NCBI GenBank assembly: GCA_963749655.1
Contig: CAVVOB010000015.1
Span: 122,742-186,741, forward strand
DNA from: Nitrospirota bacterium
GTDB lineage: Bacteria > Nitrospirota > UBA9217
Direction: 5' to 3'
Length of the DNA stretch: 64,000 bases
Position 1 is the stretch's first letter. Every line of letters begins with the position of its first letter. Made by a program: the position numbers and the translations under genes. The notes under the pieces were generated by a model, which did no database searches, was not told where the DNA came from, and saw only the letters and a list, made by a program, of their open reading frames with translations. Shown here piece after piece: positions 62,880-64,000 of this stretch.

Positions 62880-64000
62880 CGGACCAGTCACCTATGACAC
62901 ACGCCGCGCCGCGCATCCTTACGATCAATGGCGGCTCGTCGAGCATCAAGTTCGCGCTGTTCGAGGCCGGCGACTCGCTCCGACGGATTCTGGAGGGCAG
63001 TATAGAGCGGATCGGATTGCCGGAGACCGCCTGGCGGGTAAAGGCTTGAAGCCGGAGGACAACTTTTCGAGGCCAATGGCCGCGCCGGACCATACTGCGG
63101 CGGTGGGCGCTCTGATGGACTGGTTTGAAGAACGCGGCCTGGGCGATGCATTGAGTGCGGTTGGGCATCGTGTGGTGCATGGCGGACCGAAGTACAGCAA
63201 GCCGCAGCGAATCACCGCGGAAATGGTCGAGGAGCTGCACCGGCTCAGTCCCTTCGATCCTGAGCATATGCCCGAGGAGATCCTGCTGACCGAGGCGTTT
63301 CATCGCCGATTTCCCGACCTGCCCCAGGTGGCGTGTTTCGATACGGCTTTTCACCATGACCTGCCGCGCGTGGCGCAGTTGCTGCCGATCCCACGCCGCT
63401 ACGAAGCGCAGGGGGTGCGGCGGTACGGGTTCCACGGGCTGTCGTATGCGTTTCTCATGGGAGAACTGGACCGCCTGGCCGGAGCGGAAGCGGCGCAAGG
63501 CAAGGTCATCCTCGCCCACCTCGGCAACGGCGCGAGCCTGGCGGCGGTGTGCAACGGGAAGCCCGTGGACACAAGCATGGGTTTCACCCCCGCAGCCGGA
63601 GTGCCGATGAGCACCCGCTCAGGCGATCTCGATCCCGGACTGGTTTGGTATCTGGCGCGTACCGAAAAAATGAGCGCGAAGCAATTCAACGAGATGGTCA
63701 ATTCCCGGTCCGGGCTGCTCGGCGTGTCGGAGACCAGTTCCGATATGCGTGACCTGCTCGACCGTGAAGCGCAGGACGTGCGGGCTGCTGAAGCGGTCGC
63801 GCTGTTTTGCTACCAGGTCAGGAAATGGATCGGAGCATTCGCGGCGGCATTGGGCGGACTTGACACGCTGGTGTTCTCCGGCGGCATCGGAGAGAATGCG
63901 CCCGCGGTCCGCGCCCGGATTTGCGATGGCCTGGGATTTTTGGGCATCGACCTCGAAGAAATGCGCAACACGGCGAATGAGGGCGTGATTTCTGCGGGCG
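62876..64000 (+). CDS. ackA: Acetate/propionate kinase (partial; frameshift near 63030)
   Basis: INGGSSSIKF, GHRVVHGG, FDTAFH, RRYGFHGLSY, HLGNGAS, TSMGFTP, FSGGIGENA. Confidence 0.9.

Noticed and set aside
1-64000. Integrase, transposase or prophage genes
   Set aside because: No tyrosine/serine recombinase, DDE transposase or phage structural motifs seen in any ORF

Overview
Bacterial chromosomal window of moderately high GC. Gene content and repeat style suggest an anaerobic Nitrospirota/Desulfobacterota-like organism (inference). Many single-base frameshifts look like long-read consensus errors. Left to right: partial alpha/beta hydrolase and AraC regulator; small exported and low-GC genes; a secreted four-Kazal-domain protein divergent from a PadR-led operon (one ABC ATPase, three tandem ~860-aa MacB/FtsX permeases, PNPOx-like, LolA-like and outer-membrane proteins); a HEAT/HD-GYP/REC-PAS-GGDEF operon; a group 3b [NiFe]-hydrogenase operon; tRNA-Ala(GGC), whose 3' end is repeated twice and brackets a ~5.3 kb segment (VapBC, PP2C phosphatase, atypical PEP-synthase-like protein); NmrA, RNB and Mg2+ P-type ATPase; a low-GC block at ~40-46 kb; a cyclic beta-1,2-glucan synthase/GH94-like gene; a second TA pair, USP and pgm-glgP-HAD-ackA. 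The best novel-system candidate is the low-GC block. An HNH-like gene, a 1230-aa metallophosphoesterase-STAND NTPase-TPR (NLR-like) gene and a toxin-antitoxin pair are each followed by an attC-like palindrome, which suggests an integrase-less cassette array (CALIN) carrying putative anti-phage genes. The window also holds two copies of a 139-bp MITE with 4-bp target duplications, several REP-like families (one inserted in frame in a gene) and heptamer/nonamer inverted-repeat elements.
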